From an uncultured Candidatus Binatia bacterium (GTDB taxonomy: Bacteria > Desulfobacterota > Binatia > UBA9968 > CAXXLF01), in contig OZ244621.1 in NCBI GenBank assembly GCA_965218425.1, positions 3,584,001-3,648,000 of the forward strand: a DNA stretch of 64,000 bases, read 5' to 3'. Made by a program: the position numbers and the translations under genes. Below the pieces are notes generated by a model. That model was not told where the DNA came from, did no database searches, and saw nothing but the letters and a program-made list of their open reading frames with translations. Each line of letters opens with the position of its first letter. Position 1 is the first letter of the stretch. Below are positions 10,479 through 19,839 of the stretch, one piece after another.

Positions 10479-11612
10479 CTAGTTTTGTTTTTCCTCGTAT
10501 GACGTGGCATCGGAAGGCAATATTCTGATTCGATCTGGCGGCAACTGTGCGGAAATCTTTGCTCCGGTGTTAAGCGGGCTGCTACCTTCAACCTCTGTTT
10601 GACATCGCTCAGCCCCGATTTGTAACTCGCACTGGGTGCGATTGCCGATAAATATGGTTCGAAGAACTGTTGCGGGAAAGGTATTCGGGAGCTCATGTGA
10701 CGCTCCAGGGAATGAAACGATTTCCTCGGGACGGATGGTGAGCAAAACCTTATCGCCGGCAGAATACTGGCTATTCAAACCAGGCGCCGTGCACTCAACT
10801 TTTCCGAAGCTGCAGGTTACCACTAACGTACCCTTGGGTTGGTCCTTTTCAATAGTTCCCGAAATAAAATTAGTCTGACCGACGAATCCTGCCACGTAGG
10901 CGTTCGTTGGGTTCATGTATATACCTCGTGGCGCCTCCAGTTGCTGTATGATGCCGTTGCGCATGACCGCAATGAGGTCCGAAAGCACCAAGGCCTCTTC
11001 CTGGTCGTGGGTTACGTATAGAGTGGTCACACTGAGATCCTTGATAAGTCCCTGCAACTCGGTTCGCATGCTAACACGGAGCTTGGCGTCCAGGTTGCTG
11101 AGTGGCTCGTCCAAGAGAAGAACCGTTGGTTCGTATACAAGGGCGCGTGCCAGGGCCACCCTTTGCTGCTGGCCGCCACTTAAAAGGGGTGCGGGTCGGT
11201 CTGCCATGGAAGCCATCTGAACCCGTTCCAAGGCCTGCATGGTCCTTGGGCGCCATTCCTTCTTGGGAGCCTTGTTGGGGCCGTGCCTTAAGGGAAAGAC
11301 TACATTTTCAAATACCGACATGTGTGGCCAAATGGCGTAGGACTGGAATACCATACCGGTGCCCCGCTCATTGATAGGGACGTTGATCCCCCTCGGGGAG
11401 CTGAAGACAACATGATCCCCCAACGCGATCTCTCCTTCATTGGGTGTCTCGATACCGGCAATGCAACGCAATGTGGTGCTCTTGCCACATCCAGAAGGAC
11501 CCAGGAGGGTGAAAATCTGGCCTTTTTGCACGTCAAAGCTCACACCACAAACCGCTTCCACCGGTCCTTGATCCGAAATATAAGTTTTTCGTAGACCTTC
11601 AACTTTTAGCAT
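10479..11612 (-). CDS. ABC transporter ATP-binding protein (FbpC/PotA type, TOBE domain)
   Basis: GPSGCGKS, LSGGQQQR, LLLDEPLSNLD. Confidence 0.95.
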   Translation of the reverse strand: MLKVEGLRKTYISDQGPVEAVCGVSFDVQKGQIFTLLGPSGCGKSTTLRCIAGIETPNEGEIALGDHVVFSSPRGINVPINERGTGMVFQSYAIWPHMSVFENVVFPLRHGPNKAPKKEWRPRTMQALERVQMASMADRPAPLLSGGQQQRVALARALVYEPTVLLLDEPLSNLDAKLRVSMRTELQGLIKDLSVTTLYVTHDQEEALVLSDLIAVMRNGIIQQLEAPRGIYMNPTNAYVAGFVGQTNFISGTIEKDQPKGTLVVTCSFGKVECTAPGLNSQYSAGDKVLLTIRPEEIVSFPGASHELPNTFPATVLRTIFIGNRTQCELQIGAERCQTEVEGSSPLNTGAKISAQLPPDRIRILPSDATSYEEKQN

Positions 11613-11716
11613 AGGTACCTACCAGCTAGGAATTTTGCATTCCAAAATTATGAATTTGAATTGTCATTTCTCTCGGATCTAAAGTATCAAATAGCTTTGA
11701 TCCTTGCCGGTTTTAC

Positions 11717-13498
11717 TTAAAATCCACCTCGTTGGGTCAGTCGGCCTCCGGTAAACGCTAAGGCGACCAACAGCAACAGTCCCATAACAGACACCATAAC
11801 CACCGCAGCAGCTGAGGCTTCACCCAATTGGCCACTGTCCCATAGTCCCCAGACTGCAACCGATAGCACCATATTGTTGGTTTCAGTCAAAAATAGCGCC
11901 ATACTGACCTCCCGGAAGGTTAGCAGGGCCGTCCATAGACTTGCAAATACCAGGGAAGGTCTAACCAATGGCATAATAATGCTCCACAGGGTGGGAATAT
12001 TCCCAGCGCCACACACTCGGGCGGATTCCTCCAGCTCTGGAGTAACCTGCAAAAGGGAGGCGTTCGTAATTCGGGTCGTGTACGACAATCGATTAAGCAA
12101 GTTAGCCAATACGATTATGCCCACGGTTCCGCTAATAGGAATTGACGGGAACCAAACAGAGGCCAGGATCCCTAGCATGAATAAAGCAAATGCAAAGGCA
12201 AGACCAGGAAAGGCGTGGGGAAGCATGGCAATGGTATCCATGGTATTGCGGACTCGAAGACGGGTTCGTACAACAATCCAGGAAATCATTAAGCTGAAAA
12301 ATATGGCTAGGGCCGAAACGCTGAACAACAGCACCACGGTATTGCGCATCACGTCTTGCCCGCCAATAAACTCCATGAAGCTTCGGTAGTTCTCGAGGCT
12401 TAACTTCGATAGGGCTTTCACAGACGGCATTTGAATGATGGGCAAAAACGAAATCCAGAGCAGGACCAGCATGGGCAAGACCACTGCCAAAAGTAGGTAG
12501 AGAAGAATAAAACCCACGCCCAGATATTTAAATGGCCCTAATTCGATATCTCGGGGCCTGTAACCCTTCCCGGTAATGACCCCGTAGCGATGGGCCTTCG
12601 CCAGTACCTGATGATAGAAATACAATGCCACAAGACTCGGGGCGGCAATCATTGTGGCATAGACGCCTGCAGCGCCGTATTTGACATCCAATGAATCCGG
12701 CGTCGTGGGCCGCACTGCATAGAAAAGTTCACTGGACAGCACCGGCGCCTTTCCACCCGCGGCTCCAAGCATGGCGGGGACCTCAAATATAGAAATGGCC
12801 GTCATGAAGACGTAAATGGCCCCCCCGAGAATCCCAGGCCACATCAACGGGAGGCTGATTTTGACAAAGGTCCACCAGCGATTTGCTCCCGAAACACCGG
12901 CCACATCTTCCAAGGCTGGGTCAAGGGCCCGCATGGGACCAGAGATGAGAAAAAACATGGTCGGGGTCAGAATCAACCCCATGACCCAGGCGATACCATA
13001 AGGGTTATTTAGGTTAAGCGCCAAACTATCGATTCCAAGGAGGCCAGCCACGGCATTGTTGATGAGACCAATCCGCTCATTGACCAGCATGATCCAGCCC
13101 ATGGTTTTGACAAACCCGGGGATAATTACCACTACGGCGATCAACGTAATGAAGAGATTTCGAAATGGAATTGCGGTTCGATTGAGTAAGAACGCCAATG
13201 GACAGGCAAAGAATAGAGCAACCAGTGTAGCCCCGGACCCAACAATGATTGTATTGGGAATCACCTCAGTCAGGACATAAGGCCGGAATGCATTGGTCCA
13301 GTGGCTTAGTGTCAATCCTGGCTCGAAGGGGAGGCCAGGAACAAAGGTCATGTAAAAAACAAAGACCACCAGTGCCACAATGGCTGAAAGGACGATCCAA
13401 GACAGTGTCAGCGGCAGAGCATATGGGCCTAGCGTCGGGGTGAGGCGTTTCCTCGCGTGCTCGAGCCCTGTCCCTCTAGCGGTCTCTACACCCTCCAT
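11717..13498 (-). CDS. ABC transporter permease (fused two-domain FbpB/ThiP type)
   Basis: Many TM segments; two EAA-like loops (LEDVAGVSGA, LEESARVCGA). Confidence 0.92.
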   Translation of the reverse strand: MEGVETARGTGLEHARKRLTPTLGPYALPLTLSWIVLSAIVALVVFVFYMTFVPGLPFEPGLTLSHWTNAFRPYVLTEVIPNTIIVGSGATLVALFFACPLAFLLNRTAIPFRNLFITLIAVVVIIPGFVKTMGWIMLVNERIGLINNAVAGLLGIDSLALNLNNPYGIAWVMGLILTPTMFFLISGPMRALDPALEDVAGVSGANRWWTFVKISLPLMWPGILGGAIYVFMTAISIFEVPAMLGAAGGKAPVLSSELFYAVRPTTPDSLDVKYGAAGVYATMIAAPSLVALYFYHQVLAKAHRYGVITGKGYRPRDIELGPFKYLGVGFILLYLLLAVVLPMLVLLWISFLPIIQMPSVKALSKLSLENYRSFMEFIGGQDVMRNTVVLLFSVSALAIFFSLMISWIVVRTRLRVRNTMDTIAMLPHAFPGLAFAFALFMLGILASVWFPSIPISGTVGIIVLANLLNRLSYTTRITNASLLQVTPELEESARVCGAGNIPTLWSIIMPLVRPSLVFASLWTALLTFREVSMALFLTETNNMVLSVAVWGLWDSGQLGEASAAAVVMVSVMGLLLLVALAFTGGRLTQRGGF

Positions 13499-13534
13499 GG
13501 ATTTTCTTCAATGCGGACTGCTAGTCCTTTGTGT

Positions 13535-14083
13535 TCACGCCCTGTCATTCAAAAGCTGGCCGTTGTGAACTAATTTACCGGTGACGGGAATGGGGTTCTT
13601 GATGGTGTTTATGGTATGACATCCCTGCTCGATCCTGGCTAGCAATTGTTTAACCTTTTCCGCAGGGGCCGGGCTCCTAATATCAAACGTGTACATTACA
13701 CCCCGGCACGCCGGCGAGACATCCGCGATGCCCAGTTTCCCCCGGGTGTCGTAACTCATCCGTATATCCATCTTCGCATCGTCGATCTGAACATCCAGTT
13801 CTGACGCGTACCGCGTCAGTTGGCTGAACATTCAAAATCCCGTTGCAGCGACAAAGTACTGGAGGGGCGAGGGCGCCTTACCTCCTCCTCTCCTGGACTT
13901 CGCTTCGTCGCAGAGGATCGTATACTCTCCAACTCTCGCCTCCTTGAGTTGGTCTTCAACCAGACGAATCGCGGCCCGAGTCTGGATGGTATGACCTTCT
14001 GCGCCCGTCCTTGCCCGTTTTCGTTGCTCCTCAGTGGCATCTCGAAATTTGACCAGATCGATCTTTCCGGCCGGCTTACTCAT
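13535..14083 (-). CDS. OsmC/Ohr-family protein with in-frame UGA (probable selenocysteine, codon 84 of 182)
   Basis: ORFs 13832..14083 and 13535..13831 are in frame and joined by one TGA: PSPLQYFVAATGF-TGA-MFSQ, the position of the OsmC catalytic Cys; second Cys in EQGCH; downstream hairpin. Confidence 0.85.
13801..13819 (-). promoter_or_regulatory. Putative bacterial SECIS element
   Basis: Minus strand TGA-ATGTTCAGCCAA-CTGACGCG-GTA-CGCGTCAG: perfect 8-bp stem starting 12 nt after UGA with a G-initiated apical loop. Confidence 0.75.
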
Positions 14084-14100
14084 GATAAATGCCCTCCGCG

Positions 14101-15240
14101 CTAGCGGCGTTGCCTTATTTTCTTAGTAATGTCTCTCCTGTATGCCTTTCCTTCGTCCGTGCCGAACCATTTCAAGACTTCGAGGGACTCTGGACTGTCA
14201 TAAAAGGAAAGAAGTTTTGATCCGCTCTCCTTTAAGGTCTTCCTGGCCATTTTGTCATAATCACTTTGGCCCCAGTGAACATTGGTGTAGAAAGAGGGAG
14301 GTTGCCAAATCGCCTCTGCCTCTGGGGTTCCCATCCACATGCTAAAGAGAGTCCCCACCGCAGAATGACGAGCGCCCTTGGGAACAATGTAGAAGATCTG
14401 CGTTGTACCGGTGCCGTCCGCATACCAACGGTATCCTATTGGAGCCTCCGAATCCTTAGCCTTGGCGGAAAGATAGTGGTAGAAGTTCCCCGGGAAAAAT
14501 GCAAATTCTCCAAGGAGCAACCGGTTTTTTGCTTGCGTTGTGTGCATGACCCCGGCCGAATTCTTGCCGATCGTATCCACCGTCTTTAGCCATTTGTCTC
14601 TTTCGTAGACAAGGGTTCCTAACTCCCACTCGCTGGTAAAGATTCCCAATGCGTATTGTCCTTTATATTTTGGATTGGCCATATCGGCCCGACTCTTGGG
14701 CAGGTCTTTTTCGGAGATCAGTTTCGGGTTATAGATCATGACCTTATTTCGACCCGCAAAAGAAAAGGCATACCCAGTAAAAGGTGATGGACTCACCTCC
14801 TCTGGTTTCACCTTGCCAGAACGGACTAGAGGGTTGATCTCTGCAAGCAGAAGCTTCCAGTTGGCTATCTTCTGGGCATTTCCGGCATGCATCAATTCGA
14901 CAACATTATCGCCAGCGCCTGGGTATGTATCGTAGGGAGGTTTTCCGCCCGCCCTTAATGTAGCAAACAGCTGTGCGTAGGCTTTGGTTTGGCCTCCTTT
15001 CGCGATGTTGCTCTTGAGGTTATTGAGGCCGAACCGTTTTTTGAATGCCTTCATAAGTTTTGGGGTTACCCTGCCGGCCTGTCGGACCACCTGCGTGGTC
15101 AGGACGCCTTCTTTTTTCGCCTGAGCAATCAGCTCATCCAGGACCCTTTTGCCTTCGGTACTGGCAGCTACTGGCTGGGCCAGAGCAATGGTAATAACCA
15201 AACACAAAAAGACGCCAATACTTTTACCTAAGCTTTTCAT
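14101..15240 (-). CDS. ABC transporter extracellular solute-binding protein (Fe3+/thiamine-like)
   Basis: Signal peptide; AKKEG, YNPKLIS, NPKYKG, KGARHSA motifs. Confidence 0.85.
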   Translation of the reverse strand: MKSLGKSIGVFLCLVITIALAQPVAASTEGKRVLDELIAQAKKEGVLTTQVVRQAGRVTPKLMKAFKKRFGLNNLKSNIAKGGQTKAYAQLFATLRAGGKPPYDTYPGAGDNVVELMHAGNAQKIANWKLLLAEINPLVRSGKVKPEEVSPSPFTGYAFSFAGRNKVMIYNPKLISEKDLPKSRADMANPKYKGQYALGIFTSEWELGTLVYERDKWLKTVDTIGKNSAGVMHTTQAKNRLLLGEFAFFPGNFYHYLSAKAKDSEAPIGYRWYADGTGTTQIFYIVPKGARHSAVGTLFSMWMGTPEAEAIWQPPSFYTNVHWGQSDYDKMARKTLKESGSKLLSFYDSPESLEVLKWFGTDEGKAYRRDITKKIRQRR

Positions 15241-15306
15241 ACGGCACCCCCTTTTTCATGATTCGTTTAAGCGTATTAAGAGTAAAAATACGTTGTTCAG
15301 GCTGGC

Positions 15307-15335
15307 ACGCTAACAACGCTTGAAGTTCATGTCAA
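15307..15335 (-). promoter_or_regulatory. sigma70-type promoter for the SBP-OsmC-permease-ATPase operon
   Basis: TTGACA-17 nt-TAGCGT on minus strand. Confidence 0.55.
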
Positions 15336-15378
15336 GAGGCAAGAGAATCGACCGTGGTCTGAGGAGAGATAGGATCGC

Positions 15379-15408
15379 TTGACAACTTCCAATCTGGGTC
15401 TATATAGT
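15379..15408 (+). promoter_or_regulatory. sigma70-type promoter for aldolase 15483
   Basis: TTGACA-18 nt-TATAGT. Confidence 0.6.
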
Positions 15409-15482
15409 CCAGCGCTGATTGGAATGGAATCGCTTCCTATTTAATTGACGTGTTTAGACTTTAGTGATTAAGGAGGCAGTTT

Positions 15483-16253
15483 GTGAAGGAGTACGACCAA
15501 TTGTGCAACGATCTGCGGTTTGGAACCCGACTTCTGTTTCGCGACTTGGGGGATCCTTGGGGACATATTGCTGTCCGTTTACCGGACGGCGACAAGCGAA
15601 GTGGGTTCATACTCAAGCATGTGCGGGTTCCTCCACCGCCGGCCGACCCTAACGCTGTCATGATCTTCGACTACGATGGCGACTGCCTCGAAGGGGCGCG
15701 GACCCGCCCCTGGGAGATTCCAATTTATACTGCCATATTCAAGGCGCGCCCCGACGTCCAGAGCGTTATCCATACCCACCCTCACATCGCTACGGCCCTC
15801 ACCATGGCTGGTAAGACGGTTTTTGCGATTACCCATCAATCCGCTCAATTCGAACATGGCGTGCCGGTTTTTCCTGGGGACATGATCAACAGCAACGAAT
15901 TGGGCGAGGGCCTGGCGCAAACCCTTGGAAGCTTTCCCGCCGCGTTACTGAAAGGACATGGTGCCGTCTCTATTGGTACTACCATCGGACAAGCGGTTCA
16001 GAACACCCTCTACCTCGAGCAGGCTGCCCGCCAACAGATTCTCGCGGCGACCCTCGGCACACCAGAGGTGCTTGAGGAACGATTCATCGAATTTCATAGA
16101 AGGCCACCTGCAGGAGAGGGAGGTTTGGCCCTTTGGTACACCAAAATGCACTACGAGCAGACGGAGGTGAGGCCCATGGTAAATCGGTCCACGGCCAGTA
16201 AAGAAACCGCTAAGAGGAAGACCGCACCGGGTCCAAGGAGGAGGCGTAGGTAA
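15483..16253 (+). CDS. Class II aldolase/adducin family protein
   Basis: GHIAVR, RPDVQSVIHTHP, LLKGHG. Confidence 0.88.
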   Translation: MKEYDQLCNDLRFGTRLLFRDLGDPWGHIAVRLPDGDKRSGFILKHVRVPPPPADPNAVMIFDYDGDCLEGARTRPWEIPIYTAIFKARPDVQSVIHTHPHIATALTMAGKTVFAITHQSAQFEHGVPVFPGDMINSNELGEGLAQTLGSFPAALLKGHGAVSIGTTIGQAVQNTLYLEQAARQQILAATLGTPEVLEERFIEFHRRPPAGEGGLALWYTKMHYEQTEVRPMVNRSTASKETAKRKTAPGPRRRRR

Positions 16254-16297
16254 GACGCTTTAGATTGATCAATGGGACGATGAGACAGAGGTCCTAG

Positions 16298-17356
16298 TCA
16301 AATGTTCGGCTGGTATCCGTGACCGGCCACGTCCAGAATAAGTCGCCCGAACTGCTCGCGGCGTTCAAGTACGCGGTGTGCTTCAACGGCCCTCTCCAGC
16401 GGGAAAACATGGCTAATAGCCACCTTTAGGCGCTTAGCGGCGAGGAGCCGTAGGACTTTTTCGGCTTCATCAGGACGGCTTCCCTTGGAAAAAATGATCG
16501 TGGCTTGGGTCTGAATCATCGGGCCGAGATGGAAGTGTAGCTCGGAGGCGGCTGCATTGCCGGGTACAACGATTCTCCCACCGCATCTAAGGGCCTTCGC
16601 CAGCTCTTGAAAAGTGTTGCCACCAACGGTATCGAAAAAGAGATCGACGCCCCTTCCCTTGGTGCTCTGGTGAACCCTTTGGAGAACATCCTCTCTATTA
16701 TAGTCGATTACGACGTCCGCCCCTAGCGCTTTGACGAGGGTGGCCTTTTCCCGTCCACTGGTGGTGGCTATGATATGGGAGCCCGCATGGCGGGCAACCT
16801 GAACGCCTCCACTTGCGACAGCGCCACTGGCTGAGCGAATGAGTACGGTTTCTCCGGCCAGCATCTGGCCTCGGGTAATGAGGTTGTGCCAGGCGGTCAG
16901 CGTTCCTCCCTGAAAGGCCGCAGCCTGGTCATGACTGACCTCTGCTGGCTTTCTCATTAAACTCCGAGCAGGAACCGTAATATAATCCGCGTAGCCTCCC
17001 CAGTCAGAAACCCCTTGATAGCGCGGCTTTCGGCAGGCCTCCGGTAGGTCGCGGTGACAGATGTCGCAGCTCCCGCACGGGGTGATGTTGCGGGTGATTA
17101 CCTCGTCTCCTTCTTTCCACTCAGTAACGCCAGCTCCTAGTCCAGCGATGACCCCGCTGGATTCGCGGCCCAATTGAAAGGGGACCGGGGCTCGAAAATA
17201 GCTGCCCGTCCCAGCGTGCATTTCCAGGTCCGTTCGACGCACGCTGGTGGTGATAACTCGCAGTAACACCTCACCGTCAGACGGTTCCGGTGCGGGAACG
17301 TCCTCGAAGCGAAGCACCTCTGGCCCACCATATTCGTAAAAACGTACTGCCTTCAC
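16298..17356 (-). CDS. MDR-family (zinc-binding alcohol dehydrogenase/quinone oxidoreductase-like) protein
   Basis: MKAVRFYEYGGPEVL; structural-Zn CGSCDIC...C; Rossmann region ASGAVAS; catalytic Zn Cys/His appear replaced (TSVRRTD, LGRE). Confidence 0.88.
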   Translation of the reverse strand: MKAVRFYEYGGPEVLRFEDVPAPEPSDGEVLLRVITTSVRRTDLEMHAGTGSYFRAPVPFQLGRESSGVIAGLGAGVTEWKEGDEVITRNITPCGSCDICHRDLPEACRKPRYQGVSDWGGYADYITVPARSLMRKPAEVSHDQAAAFQGGTLTAWHNLITRGQMLAGETVLIRSASGAVASGGVQVARHAGSHIIATTSGREKATLVKALGADVVIDYNREDVLQRVHQSTKGRGVDLFFDTVGGNTFQELAKALRCGGRIVVPGNAAASELHFHLGPMIQTQATIIFSKGSRPDEAEKVLRLLAAKRLKVAISHVFPLERAVEAHRVLERREQFGRLILDVAGHGYQPNI

Positions 17357-17560
17357 TCTGCCTGTCCTCCTCGACGATTAGTCATCCTGCTGTCGAGCGG
17401 CAACGTTGTATCTAAAAGGTATATTCCGCCTCGCCGCTCCCCCCGGAAGGCTTGACGGGAAACTCACGAAGCGATATTACACCAATGAGGTTCCTACGCA
17501 AGATCCTGTGGAGGTTGGTTGTTTGGCTCTCCATGCCTTTGCGTGAAAAAGGGGATGCAT

Positions 17561-18256
17561 ATGATCACTAGAGATCTAAAATCCGGTGAGGCTTTAATTG
17601 GAGAATTGGAGGGATATCGGAGGGAGCATCGAAAAGAGTTTCCCTTTCGGAACGAGATTGGAAAGACAAAGGAGAAGATTATCGAGTCGAAACGTGCCAA
17701 GCATGCTGGAGGTTCGGATAATCATAAATTCGAGGGGGAAAGGTATCTCAACTGCACCGCCAAAACCATCCGCCGCCGGCAGCTGCGCAAACTGGTGGAT
17801 GAAGGCGGGTTGAGCACCTTTGGGGGGAAGGTTCCGAGCCATGCCATGTTGGATCGCATTGGATCCTACGAATTTGGGATAACCGATGACGAGATTACTG
17901 AACTAGAAAAAGGCGATCCATCGGCGGAGAAGCTCATTGTCAGGGGCTGGTGGGTCCATCTCAACCGGACCCAGCACTGGTCCATTGCCATAGGGAGTGG
18001 CATGGTTGTGGAGGGCGAAAAGAAAGTGGACCCCGAGAAAGAGGCCGAGGAGATTCAAACCATGAGGGAAGACTATGCGGAGATGGGTATTAAAAATTTG
18101 GACAATGCGCTCTGGTTCGCCTCGGAGCATGCGGAGGTGGACATAGATCATACTGAATTCAATGAGGCGGTCATCAAGCAATTTGTTAATACACCTGAAT
18201 TGCAAAATGAATTGAGAAAGGCATTCATCCTGCGTCTACAAAACCAGGGGTTTTGA
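17561..18256 (+). CDS. Heme-oxygenase-like diiron (PqqC/CADD/TenA-fold) protein, HDO-1
   Basis: CADD-like ligand set DE...SH, VVEGE, HAEVDIDH; GGGG RBS before ATG 17561. Confidence 0.7.
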   Translation: MITRDLKSGEALIGELEGYRREHRKEFPFRNEIGKTKEKIIESKRAKHAGGSDNHKFEGERYLNCTAKTIRRRQLRKLVDEGGLSTFGGKVPSHAMLDRIGSYEFGITDDEITELEKGDPSAEKLIVRGWWVHLNRTQHWSIAIGSGMVVEGEKKVDPEKEAEEIQTMREDYAEMGIKNLDNALWFASEHAEVDIDHTEFNEAVIKQFVNTPELQNELRKAFILRLQNQGF

Positions 18257-18282
18257 ATCGGTAGTTACCGAGGGGGTGTTAC

Positions 18283-19062
18283 ATGTCAGAGTTGCCCTAT
18301 GGACCAGAAGACCTGAAGGAACCGGCGCTGAGTGCAGAGGCCTTTATTCGGTTCCTCCAAGACGAAAAAGCGAAGAAATACCCGGAGCTGCCTCCTTTGT
18401 TTCAAAACCTCCATGAGGGTAAATACAGCAAAGAGCATTTGAAGCTGTGGGTGAAGGATATGTACCTGTATTGGGATTATGCCCTGGTTTACAGTACCGG
18501 CGCTATTTATGTGAAGACCAATGACGAAGAGGTGAGAACCCAAATACTTAGAAAGCTGGTGGATATCGAAGGAAAAGAAGTGGTCAAGGATCTAACCGGC
18601 TGGACCACGCCGGCTTACGAAGAGCTTTGGCTCCGCTTTGGTGAAGGGCTCGGAATCTCCAGGGAAGAGATTCAGTCTTGGAAATCATTCACTCGGAGCC
18701 ATTACGCCATGACAACCCTCTGCATGCTTTCCCGATGGTGGGAGTGGACTTGGTTAGACGGCGTGGCGAGTTTGTATGCTGGAGACCTCCACGGAAGGGA
18801 TTCCCTAGGTGGAGTGAGAGAGGCCATGAAAAAGCACTATGATGTTGCGGGCAATAGCTTGGAAATTTTTCGAGTCCTTGAGGAGGACGCGGCATCCCAT
18901 ATCCCTTGGGAGGAACAGGCGCTTGCCCATTGGTGCTGCACCCGGGAGAGGCAATTGACGGCGGCCAGAGCGTTTCGAAAGCGACTGGATATTGAAAATC
19001 AGCTGCTTGTGGCACCCCATCGGGCGGCCACCTCGGAACGGATGCCTCTTCAAATCCCCTAG
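18283..19062 (+). CDS. PqqC/CADD/TenA-fold protein with degenerate metal ligands, HDO-2
   Basis: EELWLRFGEGLG, WLDGVASLYAG, KHY pattern; His ligands replaced (PAY, VLEEDAASH). Confidence 0.75.
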   Translation: MSELPYGPEDLKEPALSAEAFIRFLQDEKAKKYPELPPLFQNLHEGKYSKEHLKLWVKDMYLYWDYALVYSTGAIYVKTNDEEVRTQILRKLVDIEGKEVVKDLTGWTTPAYEELWLRFGEGLGISREEIQSWKSFTRSHYAMTTLCMLSRWWEWTWLDGVASLYAGDLHGRDSLGGVREAMKKHYDVAGNSLEIFRVLEEDAASHIPWEEQALAHWCCTRERQLTAARAFRKRLDIENQLLVAPHRAATSERMPLQIP

Positions 19063-19071
19063 CGCAAGAGA

Positions 19072-19812
19072 TTGTCCCAGGAGAGATTGGAAGGAATGAT
19101 TGGAATGGACACGGAAACTCTTCGGGAGAATCTGATCCGGTGCATTCGTATGATGGACATGATCGCCCTTGTGGAGCACAACGGTCATGTGAGCGTACGA
19201 ATCCCCGGGACGGACCGGGTTCTCATCCAATCGCGTTACTCCAGTCGTGCGACACTGACATCGAAGGATATTGTCACCGTGGATCTCCGGGGAAACCTAC
19301 TGGAAGGCGAAGACGAGCCACCCAGCGAGACACCCATCCATACTTGTATCTATCGGGCGCGGAAAGACATTGGATCGGTGGCCCATCTCCACTGCCACTA
19401 TGCGGTATTGCTCAGTATGAGCGGTGTGGCCTTTGCCCCGGTATGCAACGATGGAATTCTCTTTGCCCGTGATGGCGTGCCACTTTTTCCCCATTCGTGG
19501 AACATAGGTAGCAATAAACGCGGTGAGGCCTTGGCTGAAACCTTGGGAGGCGCCAAAGCAGCGCTCATGAAAGGTCATGGAGCCGTGGTGGTATCGGAGG
19601 TCCTGGAAGGCCTGTTTCAGACTGCCTATCAACTTGAACAGAACGCGCGCTATCAGTACGAGCTCATGTTACTGGGAAAGTTACAACCCTTCACGGAAGG
19701 GGACGTTCGAAGTGCCCCGAAGCAAACCCTAGGGGCTTTGGAGGGCAAACGAAAGTGGAAAGTATGGGATTATTTTGTTTCCGTAGCCGAAAAGAGAGGC
19801 GTGTTTGATTGA
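19072..19812 (+). CDS. Class II aldolase/adducin family protein
   Basis: GHVSVR, PPSETPIH, HLH, MKGHG. Confidence 0.9.
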   Translation: MSQERLEGMIGMDTETLRENLIRCIRMMDMIALVEHNGHVSVRIPGTDRVLIQSRYSSRATLTSKDIVTVDLRGNLLEGEDEPPSETPIHTCIYRARKDIGSVAHLHCHYAVLLSMSGVAFAPVCNDGILFARDGVPLFPHSWNIGSNKRGEALAETLGGAKAALMKGHGAVVVSEVLEGLFQTAYQLEQNARYQYELMLLGKLQPFTEGDVRSAPKQTLGALEGKRKWKVWDYFVSVAEKRGVFD

Positions 19813-19839
19813 ATCTAGATGAGTATAGGAGGGGAGAAT

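Noticed and set aside
13535..13831. Independent 98-aa gene starting at the ATG right after the TGA
   Set aside because: It has no RBS, is only half an OsmC fold and would lack the catalytic residue; readthrough explains it better
8940..15320. sigma54 promoters at TGGCAC (8940, 15303)
   Set aside because: No TTGC -12 element at the correct spacing
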